Notes: generated from the sequence alone by a model not told the origin. Shown: positions 27,761 to 36,866, counted from the stretch's first letter. The stretch: DNA of 40,497 bases from Spirochaetota bacterium (GCA_011049595.1 DRHN01000450.1:1-40497); one strand, 5' to 3'. Program-made: numbers and translations.

Positions 27761-28324
27761 TCATTCTACATCAAATTCTAATATCACACGCTCGCCTGCC
27801 ACGAGTGAATACTTCCCCTTTTCCAGGCCATCTATAAGCACACTCGGTTCGGTAACATGCCCATGGGCCTCTATTTTTTTGCCGTCAAGGTAAAAGAAAA
27901 AACTCTTTCCCTCGGCACGCGTAATTTCGGCACAAAATTTACCGCCTTTGTCGCCAAAGATGTCAACATTCATTACATCGGTTTTCAGCCTGTATATGAT
28001 TTTTTCTTCATCCCCTATATGCCCTAAAGTGCCTTTCAGTTCCAGAGGGACAAACAAATCCGGACCGGTTAAGTTTTTAATGATCCGGATCCCATCCTTT
28101 AACAGTTTAAAAACCGCCCTCCTGTGCATCAATCTCTCAGGAACATCCATCAGCTTCATCGAGTTCATCAGAAAAAGATCCTTCTCGAGAGCAAGGAGGG
28201 CCCCGGCGCACTCTTTACAGGCCAATATGTGCTCTGAAAACCTCTTTTCAGCCTCGTTTTCAAGAGCCCTGTCATAGTACAGGGATATATAATCCGGATC
28301 ATTAAAACGGCATTTCTTCATCAT
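27761..28324 (-). CDS. Soluble zf-HC2 (ZAS-like) putative anti-sigma factor with C-terminal beta-rich domain
   Basis: C-x7-ISLYYD..L......F.EHILACKEC (HxxxCxxC); no hydrophobic TM segment; overlaps the upstream sigma-like gene. Confidence 0.7.
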   Translation of the reverse strand: MMKKCRFNDPDYISLYYDRALENEAEKRFSEHILACKECAGALLALEKDLFLMNSMKLMDVPERLMHRRAVFKLLKDGIRIIKNLTGPDLFVPLELKGTLGHIGDEEKIIYRLKTDVMNVDIFGDKGGKFCAEITRAEGKSFFFYLDGKKIEAHGHVTEPSVLIDGLEKGKYSLVAGERVILEFDVE

Positions 28325-29168
28325 AGCGCTCCTTTAAAAAGTTTTGAACAGCACTCTTCGTTCGCATGATCCCGGTCGAAACCGTTCCTATTGGAAATCC
28401 CAAGAATTGCGAAAGACTCTCATAGGAAGGAGTTAATTTCACTCTTTTATATTCATCTAACACTTTATTCCTTTTTTTCTTTAATTTTTCCACCTCTATC
28501 TTATTATTTTCTTCCTGACTTTTTAATATGCCATAATAGAGATCGTTCAATCTCTGGAACAGCTTATTTTTGAGCCTGTATTTTTCCAGCATTGTGTTCC
28601 TGATCACGCTGATCCCGTTAAGAGATTCACGAAAGGATTTATCAAGATAAATAGATATAAAACTGATATCTTCAGGTCTTATGGTCTCGATAAAATACAG
28701 GTGAAAAAATAATCTATGTTTTTCCTTTAAATCTATTATTATTTCATTAATAAGCCTGTCAAACTTTAAAAATTCCCCGTAGTTTTTACCGTCACCGATA
28801 AAATTGTGCAGGCTTTGATTACTTTCATAGCCGTAATCAAATGAAACCGCCCCGCCCTGCTCTTCGACCCTGTTTTTCAGCTTTTTCCCTCTGACAAAAT
28901 TGAGGTACCTGTTCCTCAGAACGACGGTAAACCATGTGATAAATTTAACATCTGTTTCCCTGTATCCATTTAGTATGGCTTTCATTCTGGTAAGAACATA
29001 CTCAAAAAAATCCCCGCAGGTATCCACGCTCATGCCGAAAGCTACACGGGGGTAATTATATATAAAGTTGGACAGCATTTCGATCAAAAGGGTATAGCTT
29101 TTTTCATCACCCTTTTTATACAGTTTTACAGCCTCTTTGATCCTGCTGTCAGGCGGTCGACTTTTCAT
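28302..29168 (-). CDS. Atypical sigma-70/ECF-like RNA polymerase sigma factor
   Basis: Region 2-like KFITWFTVVLRNRYLNFVR; region 4.1-like LKEKHRLFFHLYF; region 4.2 SYESLSQFLGFPIGTVSTGIMR. Confidence 0.75.
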   Translation of the reverse strand: MKSRPPDSRIKEAVKLYKKGDEKSYTLLIEMLSNFIYNYPRVAFGMSVDTCGDFFEYVLTRMKAILNGYRETDVKFITWFTVVLRNRYLNFVRGKKLKNRVEEQGGAVSFDYGYESNQSLHNFIGDGKNYGEFLKFDRLINEIIIDLKEKHRLFFHLYFIETIRPEDISFISIYLDKSFRESLNGISVIRNTMLEKYRLKNKLFQRLNDLYYGILKSQEENNKIEVEKLKKKRNKVLDEYKRVKLTPSYESLSQFLGFPIGTVSTGIMRTKSAVQNFLKERYDEEMPF

Positions 29169-30513
29169 ATATTAACCGGCTTTCTCCAAATAATGAAAAT
29201 GCGAGGGGTACAGGGTTTTTTCCTGTGTATGATTCACACATAGCCCTGTTGAACGCGTACCCGATCTCGCAATTATTTATCAGCAGCTCGTAGAAACAAA
29301 GAACAAAATCGGTGACGCCTCCATCCGTGATCTTCCATCTTGATGAAACAACATTTTTCACACCCGCTTTAAGAAAACTCGACGCAAGCTTCAAAGTATT
29401 TCCGCAGGAGCATGAAAAGACCAGATGAGGGCATCGCTTTGCGCCCGCAATATCCAGGGCAGTAAAATGAGACTCTCCGAGGTCCCAGGCGGGTGACGAG
29501 TCATCCGGACTGCTGTGTCCGGAAAAATGTACTATGTCGTACTGTGAAAACCAATCGACCAGCCTGTCCTTTAGCCGGTCCCTTGAATAAAAATCAACAG
29601 ATATCCCCATTGCTGAAAAAAAATCATACAGCTTCAGCCCCTCATCATAAGCACCGCTGAAACTGCCTGAAGGGTCAGCAATGATAAGAACTCTTTTGAC
29701 CCTCGCAGTTTCGTGTCTTTTTCCTTCATCCCCTCGAAAAGCAAGAAAATTATTTTCAAAAATAAAAGCCCCGTCATAGGAAATTTCGAAAGGTATATCA
29801 TTTACCCTTGCATCCCCCGCTATGTATATACTGAATCCGCCTCTTGTAAACACTTTTTCAAGCCCTGTACCCCTGAATACGGCATCATAAACCAATCGGC
29901 CGATATCCTTCAGCGATTCTGTGTAATTTTCCATGTTCGAGGTCTGTAACAGGTTTTCCCCTATTTTCATTTTTCGCTCCAGCACAGACCGGAAATTTGC
30001 GGTCAACTTGAAGGTAAAATCTGAAAATTGGGTCCCCCTGTTGATCTCGATCACAGTTGCCCTGCCATCGTCACCTGAAAATGATATGTTTATGATCAGG
30101 GGGATTTTCTCGTTATTTACTTTATTGAGCTCTTCAAAAAATATGCTCTCATCTTTTTTCTTTAAAAAAAATGTATCCTCGCCCTTCTTAAATCCGGCAA
30201 AACGGAAAGGCAAACCCTTTTCAAAGACCTGTGAACAGTCCACCCGGGTACTTATGTAGTGATAATGGCTGCCGGTTTTCCCATATCCATTAAACGGCCC
30301 GGATTTCGGATTTTTCTCTTCATTCACGTCTTCCGAGCTTTTGATAAAAGGCCCGGCTATTTTCATGTTTTCAAAATCATAAAGAAATACAATGTCCCCT
30401 TTTCTCAGCTGGTAGATATTAAAACGTTCAATCAGGCTGCGCGGGATGCGGATCAAACCTGTCTTGAGGGTTTTAACAAGGTTGTTCTCATCAGTGTGTA
30501 TCAGATAGGCCAT
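29149..30513 (-). CDS. CHAT (caspase-like peptidase) domain protein with N-terminal DCD/EVE-like domain
   Basis: CHAT motifs IPFE, VLIIADP, DIVHFSGH, LVFSCSC, LASSFLKAGV..VVSSRW.I.D, FY..L and F.LFG. N-terminal QLRKGDIVFLYDFENMKIAGPF resembles DCD/EVE. Confidence 0.8.
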   Translation of the reverse strand: MAYLIHTDENNLVKTLKTGLIRIPRSLIERFNIYQLRKGDIVFLYDFENMKIAGPFIKSSEDVNEEKNPKSGPFNGYGKTGSHYHYISTRVDCSQVFEKGLPFRFAGFKKGEDTFFLKKKDESIFFEELNKVNNEKIPLIINISFSGDDGRATVIEINRGTQFSDFTFKLTANFRSVLERKMKIGENLLQTSNMENYTESLKDIGRLVYDAVFRGTGLEKVFTRGGFSIYIAGDARVNDIPFEISYDGAFIFENNFLAFRGDEGKRHETARVKRVLIIADPSGSFSGAYDEGLKLYDFFSAMGISVDFYSRDRLKDRLVDWFSQYDIVHFSGHSSPDDSSPAWDLGESHFTALDIAGAKRCPHLVFSCSCGNTLKLASSFLKAGVKNVVSSRWKITDGGVTDFVLCFYELLINNCEIGYAFNRAMCESYTGKNPVPLAFSLFGESRLIYEKSTA

Positions 30514-30527
30514 GGTTCCGTCAAAAT

Positions 30528-31157
30528 CTAAATTCCCCGTAAGTATAAGGGTTTTAAATACTTTTTTTCAGGCTTCAACCCGCAGGTTTCAGCAAGCCGG
30601 TACGCGTTTCGCGCGCTTGGATAGGCAAATACCGTTTTTATTTTAATATCAGTGTCATCCCGGATCATAATGCTCCTGTGATCTTTTTCCGATGATATAA
30701 GACATTCGGGGGCATTCTCTTTAATAAATGAAAAAAAATCTTCCCTGTTCAATGCAAGATAATCAGTTACGCTTTCCCCTTCTCTGTAGCAGGCAGTATA
30801 GACTTCCTGTCTTCCGGATCTTATGAACGGGATGGCCGAATTATAACATTTTCTTATTGCAAATGCAAGAAGGTCAAGTGAAGGTATACCGAGTATCGGA
30901 ATCCCCCGGACCTGACACATTGTGTTTGCAAAAGACAGACCTATACGTATTCCTGTAAAAGACCCCGGACCCATTCCGGCGTATATTTGTGTTATATCAC
31001 TTACCGGCCTGTTAATACTTTTCAACAAAAAATCAACAGCGTTGACTATATTCTGGGAGTGAGTTACATCATGCAGAAGTTCCAGACTGGCAATTTCGGC
31101 ATCCTGGAATATGGAAACGGAAAATGCTTTTGTGGAAGTTTCAATAGAAAGAATCAA
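30528..31157 (-). CDS. tsaB: tRNA t6A biosynthesis protein TsaB
   Basis: ILSIETS, HS, GMGPGSFTGIRIG and C-terminal PLYLR motifs. TTG start overlaps the tsaE stop. Confidence 0.93.
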   Translation of the reverse strand: MILSIETSTKAFSVSIFQDAEIASLELLHDVTHSQNIVNAVDFLLKSINRPVSDITQIYAGMGPGSFTGIRIGLSFANTMCQVRGIPILGIPSLDLLAFAIRKCYNSAIPFIRSGRQEVYTACYREGESVTDYLALNREDFFSFIKENAPECLISSEKDHRSIMIRDDTDIKIKTVFAYPSARNAYRLAETCGLKPEKKYLKPLYLRGI

Positions 31158-31567
31158 AATTCTTTCCTTTCAATCGAAATAGACCTGCATTCCTCATGGA
31201 TTCTGAATGAAATAATGATAAACCTGTTCAGTTTTTCTGCCATTTTCTCACCCCATTCTATGACCGTTACTCCCTCTTCGCTGTATAGATAATCCTCGAG
31301 AAGATCGTCCATCTCGGATATATTTTCGATCCTGTAAAAATCAAAGTGATAAAGATCCAGGCTGCCCTTATATATGTTCATAATTGAAAAAGAGGGGCTT
31401 GTCACATTTTCCCCGATATCGAGCGATCCGGCGATCCCCTTCGTAAACACGGTTTTCCCGCATCCCAGACCGCCGGTGAGCAGTACAACTTCTCCGCCTT
31501 TTAAAGTCTTTCCGAGATCCGATCCGTAATTGATCGTATCCATAAATGATTTTGATATATATTCCAT
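31154..31567 (-). CDS. tsaE: tRNA t6A biosynthesis ATPase TsaE
   Basis: GGLGCGKT, VTSPSF, HFDFYR and IEWGE motifs. Confidence 0.95.
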   Translation of the reverse strand: MEYISKSFMDTINYGSDLGKTLKGGEVVLLTGGLGCGKTVFTKGIAGSLDIGENVTSPSFSIMNIYKGSLDLYHFDFYRIENISEMDDLLEDYLYSEEGVTVIEWGEKMAEKLNRFIIISFRIHEECRSISIERKEF

Positions 31568-31653
31568 TCTATCAAATACCCGGTTTTATTAATAAATCGT
31601 CAATGTCAGGCTGAACAACAGGCTGGAGGAGGGATCCACTCGTTGAAAGATAT

Positions 31654-32493
31654 TTATTTCTCTTGAGAATGAAAAGTATAATTTAATTCCACCCCGAAAA
31701 GCACAATTACCCATGTACAATACAGCCATATTAAAAAGATGGGGATAAAGGCAAGAGAGCCGTACAGTACATTGATCTGCGGTATTACCCGTACATATAT
31801 GGTTAATCCTCTGCGCAGCAGGTACCACAACGACCCCGTAACAACACCTGCCGTAAGGGCATGCGCAAATTTCACTTTCCTGTGGGGAATAAATGAGTAC
31901 ACAACAAACAGCAAAACCCAGTGCAGAACAAGGGAAAAAAACTTTGTCAAACGTAAATTGAATTTCATAAAGTCAGGGAGATAGCTCAGGTACTTCTGAA
32001 ACGACAGATAATTCTGCAGATAAAAAGTCGCGACTATGAGCGCTGGGACGCACACGATGATAATAATAAATTTCAGAAAAGTGTACAGGATGGCCCTGGA
32101 GCGTCTGCTTCTCCAGATATGGTTCATTCCCCTGCTCAACGCGATGAAAAGCAAAAAAGCAATACCGATGGTAACAATTATTCCGAAAAAACCGATCGAG
32201 CCGGTGTCCTCCAGTATAGACTCAATATATCCGACAATTTTTGCTGTCATTTCCGGGAGGATATAATCTGATATGACCCTGAACAGCTCCTCTTTAATAC
32301 GGTCATAAAAGCTGAACCTTCTGAGCCCGAGCAGTATGATCGTTAGAAGAGGGACCAGGGAGAGAAGTGAAACAAAGCTCAGCGCCCGTGCTTCAATATC
32401 GCAGCGGTCTTTTATAAAACGTTTCAGGGTCTGTGCGGTGATCCTGTATATCCGGATTAAAAGATTCAAATGTCTCAAACCCTCGTTTTTCAT
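31654..32493 (-). CDS. YihY/virulence factor BrkB family membrane protein
   Basis: A.ALSF.SLLSLVPL, MNHIW and LYGSLAFIPIFLIWLY..W.IVLFG.E motifs; multi-TM. Confidence 0.9.
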   Translation of the reverse strand: MKNEGLRHLNLLIRIYRITAQTLKRFIKDRCDIEARALSFVSLLSLVPLLTIILLGLRRFSFYDRIKEELFRVISDYILPEMTAKIVGYIESILEDTGSIGFFGIIVTIGIAFLLFIALSRGMNHIWRSRRSRAILYTFLKFIIIIVCVPALIVATFYLQNYLSFQKYLSYLPDFMKFNLRLTKFFSLVLHWVLLFVVYSFIPHRKVKFAHALTAGVVTGSLWYLLRRGLTIYVRVIPQINVLYGSLAFIPIFLIWLYCTWVIVLFGVELNYTFHSQEK

Positions 32494-32529
32494 GGATTAG
32501 CGGTAAATATAAATAAGGGGAGCGCATTG

Positions 32530-33636
32530 TCATAAAGTCTGGTAATTATAAAGAACAGCAAATATTTCATTTTTATATTTTTTGTCCATTTTCGTCGTCT
32601 GAATATTCATCACCCATGTTTTTCTCGAGGCATCTCTTTCAATCCTTTTAACTTTTCCATACCCCAGGACCTTGTATCCCTCTCTCAGTTCAAAGTCCAC
32701 CCGGACAAAATTATTTTTACCTACAGGCGCCGTTGTTTCGATGGACAGACCCCCGACAGAAATATCGATGATCGTTCCCCAGTGTGTTTCCTTTTTGTCC
32801 ACAAGGGCTTTTTTCTTCCCGCCTTCCGTGATTATACGCATTTTTGAGAAAAATACAGGCAAGCGAACATTTTTTCTGGGATAAAGCCTTTTTTGTATTC
32901 TCGCAATCTTATATGTGTGTCTTAAACAAATTGCCTTGAGTTCTTCGGTGATAACTACGTCGATCACCTTTGAATCAAAAACATACACCGCGTCATTTTC
33001 TCGCCAGAAGGAGCATTTTACTTTTTTTCGGGCCCAGTTTATTGTTTTACCCTGTGGAAGAACAGGAATACTCACACTCAGGTAATCAGTAACGTTTTTA
33101 ACCACATGTGTAGTAAAATACCCGTAATCCTGGGTCCCCAGCCTCATTCTAACACCAACATCAATGCCTCTTGTCGAACGTATTATCCTGCCGCTGCGGC
33201 CCCTTGATATTTTATTCCGTAACCGGTAGTACATGTTTATCAAATCAGCGTTGGATTCATCCTTTGTCTCCTGAAGGGTCAGTCTTCTGACAGCCCTCTG
33301 TATGCATGAATCAAGAATTGTTGCGGAGGTAAATATCAGCGTCGGGTTTGCGACATTTCGGCTAATAACCAGCTTTTTTAGTACTGCGGTCTCTTTTTTA
33401 GACAGCGTCCTCATTTTAGCTATTTGATAGAAATCGTGCCAGCCGGTCCCGGAGGACCTGCCCGGTCTTCGCTTAGTGACACCCATTTTAACAGCTGCTA
33501 TAAAAAAGGCTGCGCCTATCACCACCACAACCACAAGGAGGATTATATATTGGCCGGTTGTCGGAGCGGTGATACGGAAAGCTTCTATTTCCAAGTTTTT
33601 ACTCCGGTCAAATCCTGATGAGCTACAGAAAATCAA
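32530..33636 (-). CDS. Membrane-anchored PilZ-domain (YcgR/flagellar-brake-like) c-di-GMP receptor
   Basis: One N-terminal TM; PilZ motifs QKRLYPR (RxxxR) and DISVGG (DxSxxG). Start codon uncertain (TTG). Confidence 0.82.
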   Translation of the reverse strand: MIFCSSSGFDRSKNLEIEAFRITAPTTGQYIILLVVVVVIGAAFFIAAVKMGVTKRRPGRSSGTGWHDFYQIAKMRTLSKKETAVLKKLVISRNVANPTLIFTSATILDSCIQRAVRRLTLQETKDESNADLINMYYRLRNKISRGRSGRIIRSTRGIDVGVRMRLGTQDYGYFTTHVVKNVTDYLSVSIPVLPQGKTINWARKKVKCSFWRENDAVYVFDSKVIDVVITEELKAICLRHTYKIARIQKRLYPRKNVRLPVFFSKMRIITEGGKKKALVDKKETHWGTIIDISVGGLSIETTAPVGKNNFVRVDFELREGYKVLGYGKVKRIERDASRKTWVMNIQTTKMDKKYKNEIFAVLYNYQTL

Positions 33637-33695
33637 TGTATTTTTAACTCAGGATAAGAATGAATTTAATCCCTCAATATGAACTTCTATACATT

Positions 33696-33722
33696 TTATC
33701 GACACATAGATACAGAAATTTA
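33696..33722 (-). promoter_or_regulatory. Sigma-28 (FliA) promoter upstream of the PilZ gene
   Basis: Minus strand TAAA-N15-GTCGATAA versus consensus TAAA-N15-GCCGATAA. Confidence 0.72.
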
Positions 33723-33782
33723 GAGAACAGCATTTGCTGTACAGCGATAGGCGAAGATATTTAAGAGCAGTTCAGCCGGTAA

Positions 33783-34595
33783 TTACTTAAGACGGTTATA
33801 TATCTGGGGAATATTTTTTTGACCTTTCCCTGGAGAATATTTATTGAGTATAAATACCACCTCCAGTTTCTTTTTTCGTGGCAGTCTCGCCGGAACAACC
33901 ATTTTCAGCGGTAATTTAAGATCATCTGCTCCGACAAAGATCTCAATGCCTAAACCCCCCACCTGTTTTATTTTCCTGGCGGGAATTAAAGTTTTTAAAG
34001 ATATCTTTGGAATACTGATCTCTGTCTCACCTTCGTCCGCGAAGTGTACGGTACGCACCGATCTCGGCTCTAAAAAATCAAATGTGTATGTCTCGTTGAT
34101 CACGGCGGGATTGTTTCGAAAAAAGTAAATCATCGAAAATAAGTCAAAAACGTAATTTTTGGATTGAATATGTTTTTCTTCACCCGTGTTTTCGTCGTAA
34201 AGTATAACAAGATTTTCATTCTGTTTGATGTCGTATATGTAGAACCCTTCACTCTTTCCCTCAACAAAATCTTTTTCGATCCTGACAGGAAGAAAGGTGT
34301 TTTTATCGATATAGATCGTCCATTTGTCATTTAATTTATAAAAAATGCTTATCAAACCTGCTGTCTTTGACAGCCCCTTTAGAACATATGTTTCCACCCC
34401 GTTTATTTTCCGTTCGGCTTCCAATTCGAGCGTCTGATATCCCACGTACAGTCCGGCCGCGTAGATTTTGAACTTGAGTTTTTCACCGACAGAAAAAGCC
34501 GAATTACCGTTTGCGGCAAAAGTTGCCGACACAAAAACAATGTTTATTCCTAAAAGAAATAGTAAGATCTTTTTCAAGTACTCTGACATCTTCAT
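33783..34595 (-). CDS. Exported DUF3108-like protein
   Basis: Signal peptide, then F.VGEKLKF.I...G..VG, D...FLP and D.FS.IYF.R pattern. Confidence 0.7.
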   Translation of the reverse strand: MKMSEYLKKILLFLLGINIVFVSATFAANGNSAFSVGEKLKFKIYAAGLYVGYQTLELEAERKINGVETYVLKGLSKTAGLISIFYKLNDKWTIYIDKNTFLPVRIEKDFVEGKSEGFYIYDIKQNENLVILYDENTGEEKHIQSKNYVFDLFSMIYFFRNNPAVINETYTFDFLEPRSVRTVHFADEGETEISIPKISLKTLIPARKIKQVGGLGIEIFVGADDLKLPLKMVVPARLPRKKKLEVVFILNKYSPGKGQKNIPQIYNRLK

Positions 34596-34647
34596 TCCCG
34601 GCCCCTTTTATTCAAGTATAGATAATATTATCCGATTTTGCCAGGAT

Positions 34648-35967
34648 TTATTTGCCGAAGAAGCTGCTGATGTCATTCATCGTGACAAAAATGAGTACAG
34701 CGATCAGGACTATGAACCCGAAAGCCTGGATCTTCTGTATTACTTTGAGATTTGGTTTTTTTCTGGCAATGAGTTCATAGAGGGATATGACGACATGGCT
34801 TCCGTCAAGGGCAGGGAACGGGATCAGGTTCATGATAAAAAACGCTATACTGATGTAACTCAGTACCTGCAGAAAGTAAGTGAACCCCTCTTTTGCGATA
34901 ACACCGGAAAGATAAACTAATTTTGCGGGCCCGGCCACAGCAGACCTGGCCCTGATTTTACCGCTGAAAACTAAATAAATACCCCGGACCGTATCGTTAA
35001 CTCCCTCTATTGATTTTAAAACCCCTCTGCCGAAGGATATATGGACAGGGAACTTTTCAGCCCTGTATGTATCCGTCTGGAAAGATATACCGGCGGAATC
35101 GTACCCTTCCATCTCTTTTGGGATTAAAATAAGTTCTTTTTGTCCGCTTTCGCGTGAGATAATAACCGCCAACACGCTGCCGCTTTTGCCTTTAATCGCA
35201 TTGTAAAAATCCATATGGTGCAATATCTTTACACCATCGACTGAAAGAATAATATCCCCTTTTTCAAAACCACCCACTTCGGCAGGCTCACCCGGGACAA
35301 TATCACCTATTACAGGTTCAACCCATGGATAAATACCGATCAACCCCCGGCCGGTCTCTCTATCGAGCTTCGGCACTACCAGCAGCTCATGTAAAGTCCC
35401 TTCCCGAAGTACCTTCATCTGAATGGGCTTTAGTGCGTTTCGTACAATATTTTCAGTAATATCATCCCAGTTGGTGATATTCTTCCCGTTTAACTCAACT
35501 ATTACATCACCATCGAGCAATCCTGCCGACTGGGCCGGGGTTTTTCTGTCCTCCCCTGTAATATCCTGGGCCTCTGCGAGGAGGATCCTGTTTGAGAAAG
35601 TCCTGATCTCGTAACCGATGATAATGATCATTGAAAACAGCAGCACCGCAAAAATGTAATTAAATACCGGCCCGCCCAGGGCCACGAAGATCCTTTTAAA
35701 AGGCGAGCTCGAATAATATTCATCCGGGCTGTCCTGCAGATCGTCCCTTAAAGAATCTCCCGCGAGTTTACAATAACCGCCGAAGGGTATCCATCCAAGC
35801 TGTATTTTTGTCTCTTTCCATTTGAACGATACGAGACCTTTACCCCACCCGATTGAAAACACCTCGACCCTGATGCCCACAGCCCTGGCCATCAGGAAAT
35901 GGCCAAGCTCATGAACGAATATCAAAATGCCTATAGAAATAATTCCCAGTAAGATTGTTGTTGCCAT
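34648..35967 (-). CDS. rseP: RIP metalloprotease RseP (two PDZ domains)
   Basis: HELGH, FSIGWG, IPFGGY, GGP..N and NLIPFPALDG motifs. Confidence 0.95.
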   Translation of the reverse strand: MATTILLGIISIGILIFVHELGHFLMARAVGIRVEVFSIGWGKGLVSFKWKETKIQLGWIPFGGYCKLAGDSLRDDLQDSPDEYYSSSPFKRIFVALGGPVFNYIFAVLLFSMIIIIGYEIRTFSNRILLAEAQDITGEDRKTPAQSAGLLDGDVIVELNGKNITNWDDITENIVRNALKPIQMKVLREGTLHELLVVPKLDRETGRGLIGIYPWVEPVIGDIVPGEPAEVGGFEKGDIILSVDGVKILHHMDFYNAIKGKSGSVLAVIISRESGQKELILIPKEMEGYDSAGISFQTDTYRAEKFPVHISFGRGVLKSIEGVNDTVRGIYLVFSGKIRARSAVAGPAKLVYLSGVIAKEGFTYFLQVLSYISIAFFIMNLIPFPALDGSHVVISLYELIARKKPNLKVIQKIQAFGFIVLIAVLIFVTMNDISSFFGK

Positions 35968-36009
35968 GATTTTATTTATTACCTCTTGAAATATTTATTT
36001 TTTTAAAAT

Positions 36010-36846
36010 TCAGATGACAGCAAATATCTTTAAAAGCAAATAATAAAAGGGAACAGATAACAATATGCTGTCAAACACATCAAGCACCCCGCCAAGACCG
36101 GGCAAAAAACCGGAAGAGTCTTTTGCACCGGCTTTTCGCTTAACTATTGATTCACATAAATCTCCCAGGGGCGCGAAAACAGAGATCAGAAACCCTGCCG
36201 CAACTGACTCGGTAAAACCCAGATACAGCCTAGGCCGCAGGGCAAGCTGCAGTCCGGCCGCGATCATGATTGTCAATACAAATGACCCTATGTATCCCTC
36301 AAGGCTCTTATTCGGGCTGTATTTGATCAAGCCTCTTGTTCTTCCCAGGAAGGTGCCTATGAAATAAGCAAGCGCGTCGTTTAACCATCCAAGGAAAAAC
36401 AGAAAGTATATTAAAATATACCCCTGTGGTTCCAGTCTTATGACCCATATAATAAGGGGAAAGACCGATGTATAAATATAGCAGGCGCTGAAAACCAGTA
36501 AATATTTCCCGCTGCTTTTCATTCCGAAACCCGCAAAAGTCCCTATAAACACGAGCGCCATGTAACCCGCTATTATATATAAGATACCCATTGAATGGGA
36601 TTTGAAAAAGACATTTATGTAACTGGTCAGCAATAGAGCCAGGCCCGGTATATGGGACCATAAAACAGCAAACCCGCTATCTTCTATCCCGTAAATTTTT
36701 TTTAACAAATTGTATAATTCTTTTGACCCGAGGTAGGACAGGGCGAGAACAAAACATAAAAGGAGGATCGAATTTAAAAAGTCCGCGTATATAACATAAA
36801 TTAATACAGGAATAAGTATTACTGAAGTAATTATTCTACGAAGCAT
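36010..36846 (-). CDS. cdsA: Phosphatidate cytidylyltransferase
   Basis: SPNKSLEG and GDLCES..KR.AG.KDS...PG.GGVLD.FDS motifs. Confidence 0.95.
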   Translation of the reverse strand: MLRRIITSVILIPVLIYVIYADFLNSILLLCFVLALSYLGSKELYNLLKKIYGIEDSGFAVLWSHIPGLALLLTSYINVFFKSHSMGILYIIAGYMALVFIGTFAGFGMKSSGKYLLVFSACYIYTSVFPLIIWVIRLEPQGYILIYFLFFLGWLNDALAYFIGTFLGRTRGLIKYSPNKSLEGYIGSFVLTIMIAAGLQLALRPRLYLGFTESVAAGFLISVFAPLGDLCESIVKRKAGAKDSSGFLPGLGGVLDVFDSILLSVPFYYLLLKIFAVI

Positions 36847-36866
36847 TTACAATTTATCGAATTAAT

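Noticed and set aside
33637-33690. In-frame TGA upstream of the PilZ ORF as selenocysteine or readthrough
   Set aside because: No convincing upstream start in frame, no evident SECIS, and the region holds the sigma-28 leader.
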